From assembly GCA_001938485.1 (NCBI GenBank), contig MQRK01245632.1, forward strand, positions 1 through 50,078: DNA of 50,078 nt, read 5' to 3'. Within the stretch, counting starts at the first letter, position 1. Each line of letters begins with the position of its first letter. The DNA is from Girardia tigrina (taxonomy: Eukaryota). Shown here one piece after another: positions 12,491-24,592 of the stretch. A program made the position numbers and the translations under genes. The notes beneath the pieces were generated by a model. The model saw nothing but the letters and a program-made list of their open reading frames with translations, did no database searches and was not told the DNA's origin.

Positions 12491-13024
12491 GAATATATCC
12501 TTTGCAGCGTTAACCGCCATGTGAGAAGTATTTGTGACGTCAATATATGAACTCATTTTACTCAAATATTTAAAATTTTCAATTTGGTTTTAATTCAAAA
12601 TAATCTATTTTAAAACTATTTAAATTTTGATCAGCGAACCAAACATAAATTACCTGCTCATAAAAATATTTAGTAAATCAAACTAATCATGATCACTTCT
12701 ATTCTCATTAACTAACCATTGACCAGGCCGTTCCTCTCAATGATCGTGAGTATCAATAAATTTTTAAACGCAGTCTATTGTAAAAATTCAAGTACTTAAA
12801 TTTATACTTATTTTCAAATAAAATGAGAAAATAACGAGCTTGAAATTTTTTGCATCTATTAAGATCGATCGCAATATTTAATTTAATTTAATTTAATTTA
12901 ATAATATAATTTAATAATTTAAATTTAGGAACACTTTTGACAACACATTGTTTTCTCAAAATAGCGTTTGACCTTTAATTTCAGTTTGTTTACATTAATA
13001 AAATTTTGGAATTTTATCTATTCT

Positions 13025-13395
13025 TTTTATTAGCTTGCTTTCTATGCATATGTATCCATGGAATTTAGAAACATATTATTTAAGGCTTTTTACTCAATCG
13101 ATTGTCTCCAAATTTTGCACACTTACTCATTTCGATGACAAAGTTTTGCAAAAAAAAATGTTTTGCGATTATCCACAAATGTTTTTATTGTATTAAATAG
13201 AAATGTTTTGGTTTTTTTCCTTCCATATTTATGATAAATTTATTATGTTATTAGTATCCATTTAATTGCAAAATAGAGTCGTCATTTTTGTATGAAATTT
13301 TGCTTTCTACAAATGATAACAAAAAAATCTGTTGGCAATGTAGAGTTCTGTCTGCATAAAGAATGAATTAAAATTTTTTTTTAATTTACTAGTTC
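13025..13395 (+). repeat. Helentron/HINE-like dispersed repeat, copy 1
   Basis: Reverse-complement similarity to 17470-17900 and 34735-35060 (TTTTATTAGCTT end, ATGTATCCATGGAA, TAGAGTTCTG..GCATAAA, TTTACTAGTT end). The family assignment is inference. Confidence 0.65.
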
Positions 13396-13399
13396 AATT

Positions 13400-13870
13400 A
13401 ATAAAAGGAATAAAATTAAAAAAATCACATGGAGAGTAAAATGTTTTGTCTTCTTTCTTTTGGTCAGAAATTTCAAGCGAAATGAATTAATGAAATTTCG
13501 AATTGTTTTGGATTTGATCTGAAGGCTAAAATTGAGTGAATCGAAATAGTTTAATGTCAAAGATTAGCTTTTGATTGTATTTTTATTCTTATATTTATCA
13601 TATGGATCCCTTACGAGTTAAAGTACTGAACGAAAGAGTAAACATATTGTTTCCTCAAACGGTAATTGATAGTTGCAATTGGTTAGTTTGTGAGAATAAA
13701 AGTAATCGCTTTCGATGTATTTTTACTTAATTTTATTAATTTTGAAAAAAATTAGTTTTATTTAATGTTTTATTGGTAAAATGTTTTTAAATTATTTTTA
13801 AGTCCAGTACTTAAAAAATGGTGTGCATTGACCGATGATGAGAATTTTATCTCGAAATGCTTCGTCTTAT
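13400..13870 (+). mobile_element. Penelope-like element 3' fragment ending in a hammerhead motif
   Basis: Degenerate ORF-end-like sequence (LKLSES...NVKD), then a GT-rich UTR, then a hammerhead at 13827-13870. Confidence 0.45.
13827..13870 (+). ncRNA. Minimal type-I hammerhead ribozyme-like motif (U4C or deleted-U variant)
   Basis: CCGAUGA-U-GAGA-AUUUUA-UCUC-GAAA-UG(CUU)CG-UC, with a perfect 4-bp stem II. Confidence 0.6.
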
Positions 13871-13926
13871 TTTTATTCGTTGTAAGTAGATTGATACATA
13901 CATTTTACTTTTCAATATACACATTT

Positions 13927-13930
<4 letters not shown>

Positions 13931-13974
<44 letters not shown>
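13931..13974. repeat. (TA)n microsatellite
   Basis: Direct reading. Confidence 0.95.
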
Positions 13975-13978
<4 letters not shown>

Positions 13979-14169
13979 AAAATAATTTTATTAAAGCTAT
14001 TTTAAGAAATTGATTATCGTACTTGTATTGGAATTTCATTTTCTTTCATCAAAAATTATAGTATAACGTGTTAGATAATAAAGTGTTTATTTTTTCAATA
14101 TTTTTTTGAATAATAATGGTTAATTGTTTTGTTTATTTTTTTTAAAGATTTTAGTAATTCAGACGGCCT

Positions 14170-15180
14170 TAATTTGCTCTTTTGGATTATTAATTAATCA
14201 GTTTTAATGTGTTATTAATAATGATTCACAAAATGATGGATTAACGATAGATTTGCCCTTGGCGCCAACGTTAGCATCAATTTTTATGAAGTCTCTTGAT
14301 GACAAAATCAGTATATACAATGAGGAATAAGCTTTGCTTTGCAATATATATATGTAAATAGTATCTTTGTAATTTTCAGATATAAATCCCCTTTAGGACT
14401 ACTCTTAACATTTTTAAATGGCCTCAACTGAATGAAGTAAATAACAAGCTTCTTTGTCTAGATATTTTTGTCACTGGGATCAATGAGAAATATCGAACTG
14501 AATTATACAGAAGGACAACAGATACGTGTCTTTTCACAACACCACCAAACTTTTGTGGGGAAAACTATAGAGAGAGTATGATACAGGGAGAGTTTTTTGA
14601 AATAGCTGATCATGGTTTTAATATTCTTAGAGGACACTTGAGGAACAACATATACACAAACAAACAGATATATTACAATATTAATGTTACATTGGACAAA
14701 ATAATTAAAGTACCATATATTATAGGATATAAAGAAATTAATAAGATTTTTTTATAAGAATATAAGTAGTGTCAAAGCGCATTCAATGACATCCAAAGTT
14801 CAAAGCTTCCTTTCAAATAAATCGAAATTAATTTGTCAAATTTTGTAATCTGGTTTATAAATTTAAGTGTCACCGGTGAAAAAACTCGGATTAGTGAGCG
14901 TTCACAATCAAGTTGATCGAGTAATGTTTGGGACAAATGTAAAAATAGAACCTCTTCCATTTCAAAAATGAGTTTTCTGTTTTTCAGAAGGATTTTGATT
15001 CACACTAGAAGTGGCAATTTTGTCAATAATTATTGTGAGGAATATTTTAAATTGTTTGAATGTGTAAATGTATGGATGCGGTATGTTGATTTAAGTATGT
15101 TGAATTTAGAATGGTGATTCTCCCACCCAGATGGAAATTGGTATTTTTTTATTAAGTTTAAAATGATTGACTATTCGAAC
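14170..15180 (+). mobile_element. Decayed Penelope-like retroelement (RT + GIY-YIG remnant + 3' UTR)
   Basis: DGLTIDLPLAPTLASIFM (compare DGLAMGSPLAPTLANIFM), YVNSIFV (compare YVDDIFV), LLCLDIFV (compare LPFLDV), TELYRRTTDTCL (compare TxVYRKPTxT) and NLVYKFKC. Confidence 0.8.
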
Positions 15181-15830
15181 ATAATTAAAATAATCATTTT
15201 ATAAGTTCATATCTTTAATTTCAGAATTAAAATTAAGTTTAATAATTTTTAGTAAAATTTAAATTAAATGCATTTTCAATAATTTGATGTCATTTTTATT
15301 ATTTTGGGATTTATTGAAAAATGGTAAAAATTAGTATTTTTAATTAATAATTTTTAGAGGTTAAATATTTTAAAAAATAACTTAGAAAAATTGTTCAAAT
15401 TATGATGATTAAAAACAGAAATAAGAAAACCAATTAGAACGATGACAAACGATGAAAGACCTTCTGAGAGTCATAATGACTCTAAATGTGATCGTAATAA
15501 AAATTCAAACGAGACTTGTCTAAATGTTCTTAATAATTATTAATAAGACACTACAACTAATATATTAATATTCAAAATGGGAAAAGTAAGACAGTCTCAA
15601 TTTTTAAAATCTTTATTTAAAATAAATAAAAATTTTTATCATTATTATCAAATAATATCCTGAAAAAAATAATATTTACTGATAAAATATCTCATTATTA
15701 TACATTTTATTATCTTACACATTACATTATAATTGCTTATAATAGAATACAAAATTCCGATACATGTACAATAATCGATTTCTTGAAAAAGGTTTCAACA
15801 AAATTATTTTTCAGAAATATAAAATTAGCG

Positions 15831-15833
<3 letters not shown>

Positions 15834-15868
<35 letters not shown>
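15834..15868. repeat. (TA)n microsatellite
   Basis: Direct reading. Confidence 0.95.
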
Positions 15869-15873
<5 letters not shown>

Positions 15874-17169
15874 TTTTTTCTGAATTTGCATCTGATTTTT
15901 TTTATTTTATTTCATTTACAATTTAATCTTTTACAAAGTCTCAATTGTAAATAAACAAAATGAATGTGAAATTAAATTGTCAATAAAAAAAGATTAATTT
16001 TTTCCGTGAGTTTTTCTATATATTTTTATGGCTAAAAGTATCGCCCAAAAATATTATAAATTGAAATCGAATTTGTTAATAGAAAAAGATAATTTTAAAA
16101 AAATTTAATTTTATTTTACCAAAGAAATATTTTTCTTGATGTTATTTACTTATTTAATTAATTTTATTTAAATTTACTAACTCGATTTTCTAAATCCCCA
16201 AAGATATAAAAAACTTTGATGCTTCCCATTTTGTTTCTTTTTATTAAAAATTCGGAATTCTCATTGATGGTGATGTGATCGAACAAGCCAGGAATTTGAG
16301 AAGCAGCATAATAATATAATATTTATTTTATTTGAATAATTTTTGAATAATTATTCACACAATTAATCTATTGACATGAATTCAGAAATCGGAATTTTTT
16401 TCCTTCGATGTCTTCCATGCAGTTCTCGCACGATCTTGTTGAATATAAAACTAGGGAGGAAGGTTATTCGATTTAGGAATAAGAAAAGATTTTAAAAATC
16501 TTTTTAAAATGTTTTTTCCATTAAAAAAACTTTATTTTTTACAGAAAATTTAGTTTATAATAATCAGAACGAAATGGAATTTTGTATTTTTTTCATAATT
16601 TAAAATGTTAACTACCACATTTAAGTTAACGTCATCAAACTTCAAGGTGAATGATTAAATAAAAAGATTTTATTTCGTAAAATTACATAATTTTATGTGT
16701 TTTATATTTGATTTGATTAAACGGGAAAGGAGGTAATATGATATTTCTATACATAGGAAAAAATAGAAATTGAAAAGTTTTCTTGTAGAAAGAGGTCTTG
16801 ATCATACGTAAAAATAATTAATAAAATTTAATGTACTATAACCATAATTAATTATATTTATAGTACCATTAATTATTTTATTGCATATATAACAGATTTA
16901 TTAACAGCATAAACATACGATTTTCACTAGCACTTTCTGTGGAAAGCATCATTCTTGATTGTTATTTTATTGTATATATATTCGAATCTTGATTAATGAA
17001 TAAGATATAATTAATAATAAATTTTAATTTCTCAAAATTTTATTAGATAAAAATAAATTGAGTAACTTTAAATAAACATTCGTTTTTAAATTATATGAAA
17101 ATCAATAAGTTAAATTGTTTAATAAAAAATATTATTCAAATTTATAATTATAAAACTTTTACTTAATTA

Positions 17170-17292
17170 TTATTTAGACATTAGTCTCTTTAGATTTAAA
17201 TAATTAATCAATAACATATCAATCCCATCTGAGTAGCAGAGTCACTAATCTAAACAGTATACGAAACAACAAACTCACAACATTCAGAATTT
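17170..17292 (-). repeat. PLE pLTR-like fragment with a decayed hammerhead
   Basis: Matches 2826-2930. The minus strand continues CUaAAGA-GAC-UAAU-GUC-uAAA, a hammerhead core with two substitutions and an intact stem II. Confidence 0.55.
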
Positions 17293-17469
17293 AAGCGGGT
17301 GCGCGGCAGTAATTTACTGTGTTAAGTCACTATTATCAGGTATGATGTTTATGACTGTGTTATATGTGTCAACACATTCGGAATCCACCATCAATACGAA
17401 TAATTAGTTAACACATTCTGCTGAAATTCATAAAGATATGTTTTATTTGTTTCAGAGATTGTTTCCACA

Positions 17470-17900
17470 CGAAACTAGTAAATCAAAAAAAATTTTATAT
17501 CCATTTTTTATGCTAGCAGAACTCTATTTGACCAAGTGATTTTTTTTTGTATTTTAGAAGGGAAAATTACTATTACATTTATTAATATTATTAATATTTA
17601 TTAATTTATTGAAACTTTTTAAGTTTATTTTTTTTGTGTAATATAAACTACTTATAATTTATAAGTAGATCTTTTTAAATTAATATTGTTCAGGAACTGT
17701 AATAGGACCGTTTTTACAAAATTAAAAGTGCTAAAAAAGTTTTTTTGAACAGATTTTCACATTATCATTTACTGTCATTGAAAATGAGAAAGTGTGCAAA
17801 GTTTGGAGAAAATTGATTGAGTAAAAAGCATTCAAAAATACGTTTTTAAATTCCATGAATACACACATGTATATTAATAGAAAGTAAGCTAATAAAAAGA
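17470..17900 (-). repeat. Helentron/HINE-like dispersed repeat, copy 2
   Basis: Similar to 13025-13395 and 34735-35060; internal hairpin CTACTTATAA-T-TTATAAGTAG. Confidence 0.7.
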
Positions 17901-18148
17901 ATGGAAAAAGATTCTACATAAGTCCAGTAATTGCCGTAATTTGGGTAAAGAAAAAATAATTTATGACTTTAAAATGTTCAGTGTAATCTGATCACTTATA
18001 AACGTCATTTAAAATTTAATGTTATACGTGAAATTGCAAAATTTAGATTAATTTAATATCAATTTATATTTATAATATATAAACGTTAATATAATAAATA
18101 TCAAAAAGTGTTACTTAAGAAATAAATGTTTAATAGTCATTTTAATCA

Positions 18149-19250
18149 CAGAGTATCGCATGTCTATACAAGAATCATTCTAAAATTATAGAAGCATCGT
18201 TACAAAATGATACTAACAAAATGTTTTTCTATATTTTGCAAAATGTTTTATTGTTTTTGCACACAGTATATAAAAGAATAAAGTTCAAATTAATTACTTA
18301 AATGGAAGGTTCTCTTTTTCTAGCCTTGTACAGCCAATCATTTATGTTATTAAAAAAAGCTTGCACATGGATTTGCAAATCATAATTCAAAAAAGTATTA
18401 AATCAAGATTTTCTTCAATTTGTGACTCAGGATTCGGAATTTTCCAGGCATTATTATTATATTATTTTGCTGTGATCAAAAAGAAAAATTCTTCTTTTGA
18501 ATTCAATTATGGTGAATCTGGTGTTTCTATATTCTGAAGAGAGACGAACTGCAGAGTATTTTTTTCCTATGAGTATTTGCATTGTCCATAATTAAAACTA
18601 AAGTAGGATTTATCTGAAAATAAGACAATCGTTTTGTTTCAATAAATTCTAAAAAGTGTACCTAATTATAAGCAATAGTATGCATTCATATCCTTTGACA
18701 ACATAAAAATCCTATGCCACATTTGTGCCACTAGACATGACACAGTTGTTTGGACATTCGTACAACGCTTTATATGAAAACTAAAACTGGTTTCACAAAA
18801 AAAATATTAAATTTTCTTTCAGAAATCGGCCAACATCTTGAAAATATGGATTGAGTTTAAATATTTTTAACTGCTTTACGCTCTTTGATAAAATTTACGC
18901 TCCACAAATTATAGACCATGAGATTGCTAACGGAGATAGCTCGTAGTGAATCTCTTGGATCTCACTATAAAAGACTTATTGCTTGTAAGATTATTCATAA
19001 AACTTTGCTCTGTATCAGAAAGAATAATATTTCTATTTCGAATGCTTTTTCTATAATTTTCACATAACGATTTATAATTTATGCCTTCTTGGCAGATGTG
19101 AAGGATTCTGCCAACAGTTTTGTCTTTTGAGCTTTTTGTCTTGCTATTTTAAAAATGGTGTTCTTATGATATTTGAATAATCAAATTACCATATAACAGT
19201 TATATATGTATAATTTTGCAATGATGCTTGTATAGACATGCAAAACCCTG
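18149..19250 (-). mobile_element. Decayed Tc1/IS630-like transposon
   Basis: About 40-bp imperfect TIRs CAG(A/G)GT..GCATGTCTATACAAG.ATCATT..AAAATTATA, with TA at the right end. The minus strand reads LVLIMDNANTH...TPDSP*LNSKEEFF, a DDE-type catalytic region. Confidence 0.75.
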
Positions 19251-20243
19251 TATTTAATATCTTATGATATATAATTGTATTGTAATTGTATACTGAATGT
19301 AAAAAAAGCATAAGAAAAGTATCAATTTTATTTATTTTTTATAGAAGTAAATCTAAATATAATGAACCAATTTTTATAACAAATTATGATCATTTTCGAA
19401 ATCAAAAAAGAATTATTATTTCATTAAAAATATTAAACGAAATATATAAAAAATTGTAAAAATAAAACACTAGGAAAATCAGAATAAATATGGGGAAATA
19501 TATATTTTTTATTTAATAACAAAGCAATTTATATAAATAAAGTCTCTGATTTCCTCTTGATATTTTTAATATTGTTAAATGAAAAGAAATTTACATATGA
19601 GCAAACATTCACAACTGGGACACTAAAATATTTCCATCTTTCAGACGCTTTTATAGCCAAAAAACATAAGTCGTCATGACATCAAGATAATATTTCTGTT
19701 TCGCTTTGTTTTAATGAGTCAAAGTAAATTGTAAAAATATAATTTGTTTTAATTTATATGACAAATTCTTCATGAATTTAATAGTTTGAAAAATGAATGT
19801 TTCATTTATTAAAGAAAATAGTGAAGCATTTCTATTATGAATTTATAAATAAAAGTTAAAAAATAAATATAAATATTATAAATATATAAATATAAACAAA
19901 AACTATTATTTTTATTATTAAATTTTCTTATATTATGTACGTATGTGCAAAAGACGTTGACATTGTACAAATAAATAATCCTAAAAATTTACAAAAATAT
20001 AATTTTTCTAAAAATATAATATATTTTCTTTATAAATTATTACTTCTACGAAAAATTTATGCCTAATATTATTTTTATATCAAGGATTATAAAATATGAA
20101 ATTTGACTTAAGAATAATTACATCTATATCTTTTTTCGTAAATAAAATTTGGAAGCCAACAAATTTTGATAATTTCACATTTAATTTTTATGTGGTTTAA
20201 TATCAGTTTGGCTTCAATTCAGATTTATTTAGTAAATGCCAAA

Positions 20244-20246
<3 letters not shown>

Positions 20247-20298
<52 letters not shown>
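20247..20298. repeat. (TA)n microsatellite
   Basis: Direct reading. Confidence 0.95.
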
Positions 20299-20639
20299 AT
20301 TTTTAATTTTAATTTGGTGTACATTAAAATAAAAAAATTAATTAAATAATAAATAAATAAAATAAATAAATAAAATTAAAAAAGTAAAATAAAAGGAATA
20401 TTGTAATGTTGTGGATTAATGAATGGAACATAAGGGGAAGGAGACTGTTATTTTATAGTTACAGTTACTCTGGTAATAAAGATAATTTTTTCATTGATTT
20501 TTAAATTTTTATTATTATTTTGATTTTTGTTTTGATTTTTTTAATCTTAATTTTACTTATATAATAATTAAATTTTTAATATTTTATTTTGATTTTATTA
20601 GACAAAAAGTTAATTTATAAATATTTACAATTGTTGCTG

Positions 20640-20885
20640 CTTACTCTTTCCCGTTTTGGATGTTAATCAATGGGTTTTGGAGTTCGATTAATAATAATTC
20701 ACAAAATAACGTCTCGTATAGTGATTCAAAGTTAGTTTGAAGAACATAAAACTCATCTTTTGAAATGGGAAAGGTTCTATCCCTGCAATAAACACTATGG
20801 TCTAAAACCTTACTAGATCTACTTGGTATGAATTTTTATACCGGAGGCACTAAATTTTATATACAAGATTAGCTTTCAATGCACA
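20640..20885 (-). mobile_element. Penelope-like GIY-YIG fragment related to 14850-14980
   Basis: The reverse complement shares AATCT.GT.TATAAA.TT.AGTG.C.CCGG and ATAGAACCT.T.CCATTTCAAAA.ATGAGTTTT with the 14.9-kb copy. Confidence 0.6.
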
Positions 20886-20908
20886 GTGAGTCCTCGATTT
20901 CACTCTTA

Positions 20909-21408
20909 AGGAAAGGACATAGGCGGGTTTAAATGGGAAATCTACCCCCACGAGTTTTTCGATTTGCACTTAACGAATCGTTTGGATATCACTATGTTCC
21001 ACCACTTCAAAAAAATTGAAAAAATTCTTGAGTGTAAAGGAGTAAAAAGGACATTTTCTAAAAAAAATTGGCGGTGGACACTTTTCAAAAACGCGGTCAA
21101 AAATTGATTTTATTTTTATTTTATTTTTTAAAAATCGACTTTCCAAATGAGATTTATAGTAATATTTTTTTAAATGTCTTTTACTTCAAAGAATTAGAAA
21201 AAAATCATTATTGATTAATTTGAAATTTTACTATATAAAAAATAGAAAATCGAATAACGGATTTCTTTAAAATACTCGAAAACTGTCTGATATAATAGCT
21301 GAAAATATGGCTGAATTATCTTTATTTAATATCCAAACGATTCCCCAATTGCAAATCGAAAAACCTGCCGGGGAAGATTTTCCTTTTAAACCCGTTTATG
21401 TCCTTTCT
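20909..21408. mobile_element. MITE with about 85-bp imperfect TIRs
   Basis: GAAAGGACATAGGCGGGTTTAAA...GTTTTTCGATTTGCA...GAATCGTTTGGATAT (20911-20989) has an inverted copy at 21329-21407; the left end is preceded by TTAA. Confidence 0.75.
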
Positions 21409-22509
21409 TCCTAGGGATGTTACTGACACTATTCAAAATGTCAATATTTTTATAGATTATATTTTAAAATTTCGAAATCCCTCAGAAATTGGTATTTTAT
21501 AGATTTAAAACGCTTACTTTTATCCTTTTTTATCTATAAAATTTTCGATATTTTTATAGAAAGATAAAAAAGAGGATACATTTATATTATAAGTTAACGC
21601 TCTGTATATATTTGAGTTTACAAAAATTATTATTTGTTTTAATTAAAATTAAAAAAACAAAGAAACAGATTTGTACATTAATTAATAAAATTTTCTAAAA
21701 ATCTGAAATAAAATGTACTGTTTTTTTATTATTGATAAAACTATAATAATTTTATTAATAACAAACATTAATATTCATACATTCTCTATACTGCATCTTG
21801 ATTGATCCTACATTCATCAGTCAGAGCATATTTTTATTATTTTAAATAAAATAAGAGCTGTAAGACTAATAAAAACAAAATTAAACCATTAAATAAATTA
21901 ATGATTTTCGTTATTCACTTAATAAAAGTTACAAATAAAACAATATATGATACAATTACATTACCGCTTTTGCTTTATATTCCTTTTTATTACTATTTGT
22001 ATAGGATCGTTTGTCGGTGGTTGTGGAAAGGATATTTTCAACGAAAATATGGAAACACTATTTACAATATTCGTTTCTAAAGCAACAAATTTTCTAGATT
22101 TATTATTATATTTAATGATAATTTTCGTTATTATATAAAACCATTCAAAATAGTATTTCTATCGAACGTCTCCATGATTGAAACACTTATCCTACATCAT
22201 ATACTCTCTACAAATTAAATTAAAAAAGATAAAGAAAATTAGTAAAAATATTGTTGTAAAGTCGTTGTTTCATATAATTAAACTGAATCATCAAAAAATA
22301 ATTATTAAAATAATATTCCTTTTAGAAATAACCTAACCTTTTAAAATGTAAAAATGAAATTGATCATCTAACAGTACATTTTTACCTTAAAAAAAACCAA
22401 AGCGATTGAATGTACCCTAATGATAATTTTTTACTCTTCCTCAAAGATTTTAATTAACACTTTTAATTCGAGACAAAAAGTTAACATTTTTGGTTTTAAT
22501 ATCTTTCTC

Positions 22510-22515
<6 letters not shown>

Positions 22516-22547
<32 letters not shown>

Positions 22548-22597
22548 NNNNNNNNNNNNNNNNNNNNNNNNNNNNNNNNNNNNNNNNNNNNNNNNNN

Positions 22598-22632
<35 letters not shown>
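22516..22632. repeat. (TA)n microsatellite spanning an assembly gap
   Basis: Direct reading; the IYIY ORFs here are artefacts. Confidence 0.95.
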
Positions 22633-22656
<24 letters not shown>

Positions 22657-22810
22657 TATCGTGTAGTCCAAAATGTTGTGTTATTTTAATACATGTTGTG
22701 GATCGAAATTTTTAATACTAATAATTAAAATTTTGCTAAACTATTAAATAAAATTTATAGTAATTATTGATAAACAAAAATAACACCATTTTAATTTTAA
22801 ATTTTTATTC

Positions 22811-22848
22811 GAAAACATATTTCGCCACTTTTGTGGCATCTTCAGTTC
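22811..22848 (-). ncRNA. Minimal type-I hammerhead ribozyme
   Basis: Minus strand GAA-CUGAAGA-U-GCCAC-AAAA-GUGGC-GAAA-UAUG-UU/UUC: intact core, perfect 5-bp stem II and a 3-bp stem I (GAA/UUC). Confidence 0.75.
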
Positions 22849-23147
22849 TGTATTTAATTAGAAAGTTATTGTTTATATAGAAAGATGACCATTACGTCCC
22901 AGCGTGTTACGTCAAAATACTCTAGGTTTAAGGTATACTTAAATACTAGGTTTACAAAACTTTATCAAGAGTGCTTCAGTAATTGTCCTTTCATAATTTT
23001 GATCAAAGTTACTAATCAAAACCCGAAAATAATTTGATAATGATTTGAGAAAATAATTGATAATGATTTTCGGGTTTTGATTAGTAACTTTGATCACAAT
23101 TATGAAAGGACAATTACTGAAGCACTCTTGTAAAGTTTCTTAAACCT
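22811..23147 (-). mobile_element. Penelope-like 3' end with an inverted duplication (about 85-bp fold-back)
   Basis: Arms about 22947-23030 and 23058-23147 are near-perfect inverted copies. Both encode FRVLISNFD.NYERTITEALL, the GIY-YIG C-terminus (compare FKILCSQFDNYWERVMCEALLIK at 42510). The minus copy leads on to the hammerhead. Confidence 0.8.
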
Positions 23148-23149
23148 TA

Positions 23150-23470
23150 ATTTACTGATCACAATGTCAAAAAAATATTTTACATTGTCACAGTTAAAGT
23201 TTGATGTAACACGTCAAAATTTGCACATTTTAAAGACACGCGGTCATATTCGTAATCACATTAGTAAGCGCACATAACAGTCGGACTTGTAAAGTCTGTG
23301 AGCATTTGAAGTCGTATCAAAATAGAATTTTCAATTCTGATTTCGAATTTCAATGCGCATTCAGTTTTGCGAGTCATTATTTATGAGGCATCGCAGACCT
23401 CCTACAAACACTGAAAAGGAAAAAAAGCAAAGTTGTCACAATGTTAAATATGACATTTTGATAAGTAAAT
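23150..23470. mobile_element. Probable MITE with about 40-bp degenerate inverted ends
   Basis: ATTTACTGATCACAATGTCA...TATTTTACATTGTCACA versus the reverse complement of 23432-23470, ATTTACTTATCAAAATGTCATATTTAACATTGTGACA. Confidence 0.5.
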
Positions 23471-24592
23471 CATGTTTAAATATGAATATTTATCTATATA
23501 TTTTTTTACTTATTTACTTTTTACTGTATCAAAATTATTTATATCTGTCTAATATGTTTATTTATTAATTATATTAGTAAAATATCTATTTTCATGCCCA
23601 TGTAGTATTACACTTAAAATCGTCTTCTGTATATGACTTAATGATTACTATATATATTGTTTTATTTGAAACATGTGTTCAGAATCTTCTTAACTGATTA
23701 ATTATATATTTTTAATATCGACTTTTCAACACGTACACATAAGCATTAAACTATTTAGGCTAAAACAAAGAAATTAAACAGTACATCCTAACAAAAAAAC
23801 TAGTTGTTAGGATAACAAATGTGGTTAACATTTCATAAATGAAACGTTTTACAATATTATATTTTAATAGTGTATTGCAATTAATAAAACATTTTATTTC
23901 TTTTTTTTGTCACTTCATTCTTTTTTGTCACTAAGAAGAACAGGTTATATTAAACAAAAATGTATACATAAACATATAATAATCTGGTTTATATAGAACA
24001 AAAAAGTTTCTGTATAGAAATAGATAAAAAGGATGTGAGCAAAACGTACTTTTAAAAGTTTTGTATTATATATTGGTATAAAGGAAATTTGTTTGTTATT
24101 TAGTTTTTTATATGTTTTGAAGATTTAAAATAAAAAAGATATATCAGATAAATAATAAAAATAACTATAAAATATATGTACATAAATATGTAAAAAATAC
24201 ACGTACATATTAAGAAATTAAGAAAATGACCGTGATGAAAAAATATATCAAAATTCTTAAATTAACTTTAAAAATAAAATTTAATAAATTTAATATTTAA
24301 ACTTTACACATTAGAAGATCTTTACAAGAAATTGTAAAAAAAAATTTTTACTATGTTAATTTTTTTTACTATTTTATTTTTTTGTTATGTTATTTTTGAA
24401 AAATTTTTACATATTGTTGTTTCTACGTAACATATGTTTAATGACCACAATCAGTGATTGTGCATCTTTTATTGTGGCATCTCAAAAAAGTAAAAAAATA
24501 TAAAATATAATATATTATATTAATCTAGGAAAGATAAATATTGTTCAGAAAGATCATAATTTGACTCAAGTAACTATTTTTATCAAGTAATA

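Larger units (their letters stand above)
10683..12540 (-). mobile_element. Truncated Ty3/Gypsy LTR retrotransposon (LTR edge, PBS, gag, protease; RT/IN missing)
   Basis: Minus strand shows ...CTCACA|TGGCGGTTAACGC (LTR end + PBS) at about 12520. The gag ATG is at 12490 (MG*LLPKKYRKGDNVETFIEEC), followed by CCHC knuckles and an aspartic protease motif LLDTSSRVNVI. It ends at GIF-ADKW just before RT. Confidence 0.85.

Noticed and set aside
21808-21828. CUGAUGA on the minus strand
   Set aside because: No stem II or GAAA at a suitable distance; not a hammerhead.
21947-22138. FVGGCGK motif resembling glyoxalase II
   Set aside because: Only 7 residues, the preceding GDTL is missing, and another frame is equally open.
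22420-22689. IYIYIY ORFs
   Set aside because: Translation of (TA)n and an N gap.
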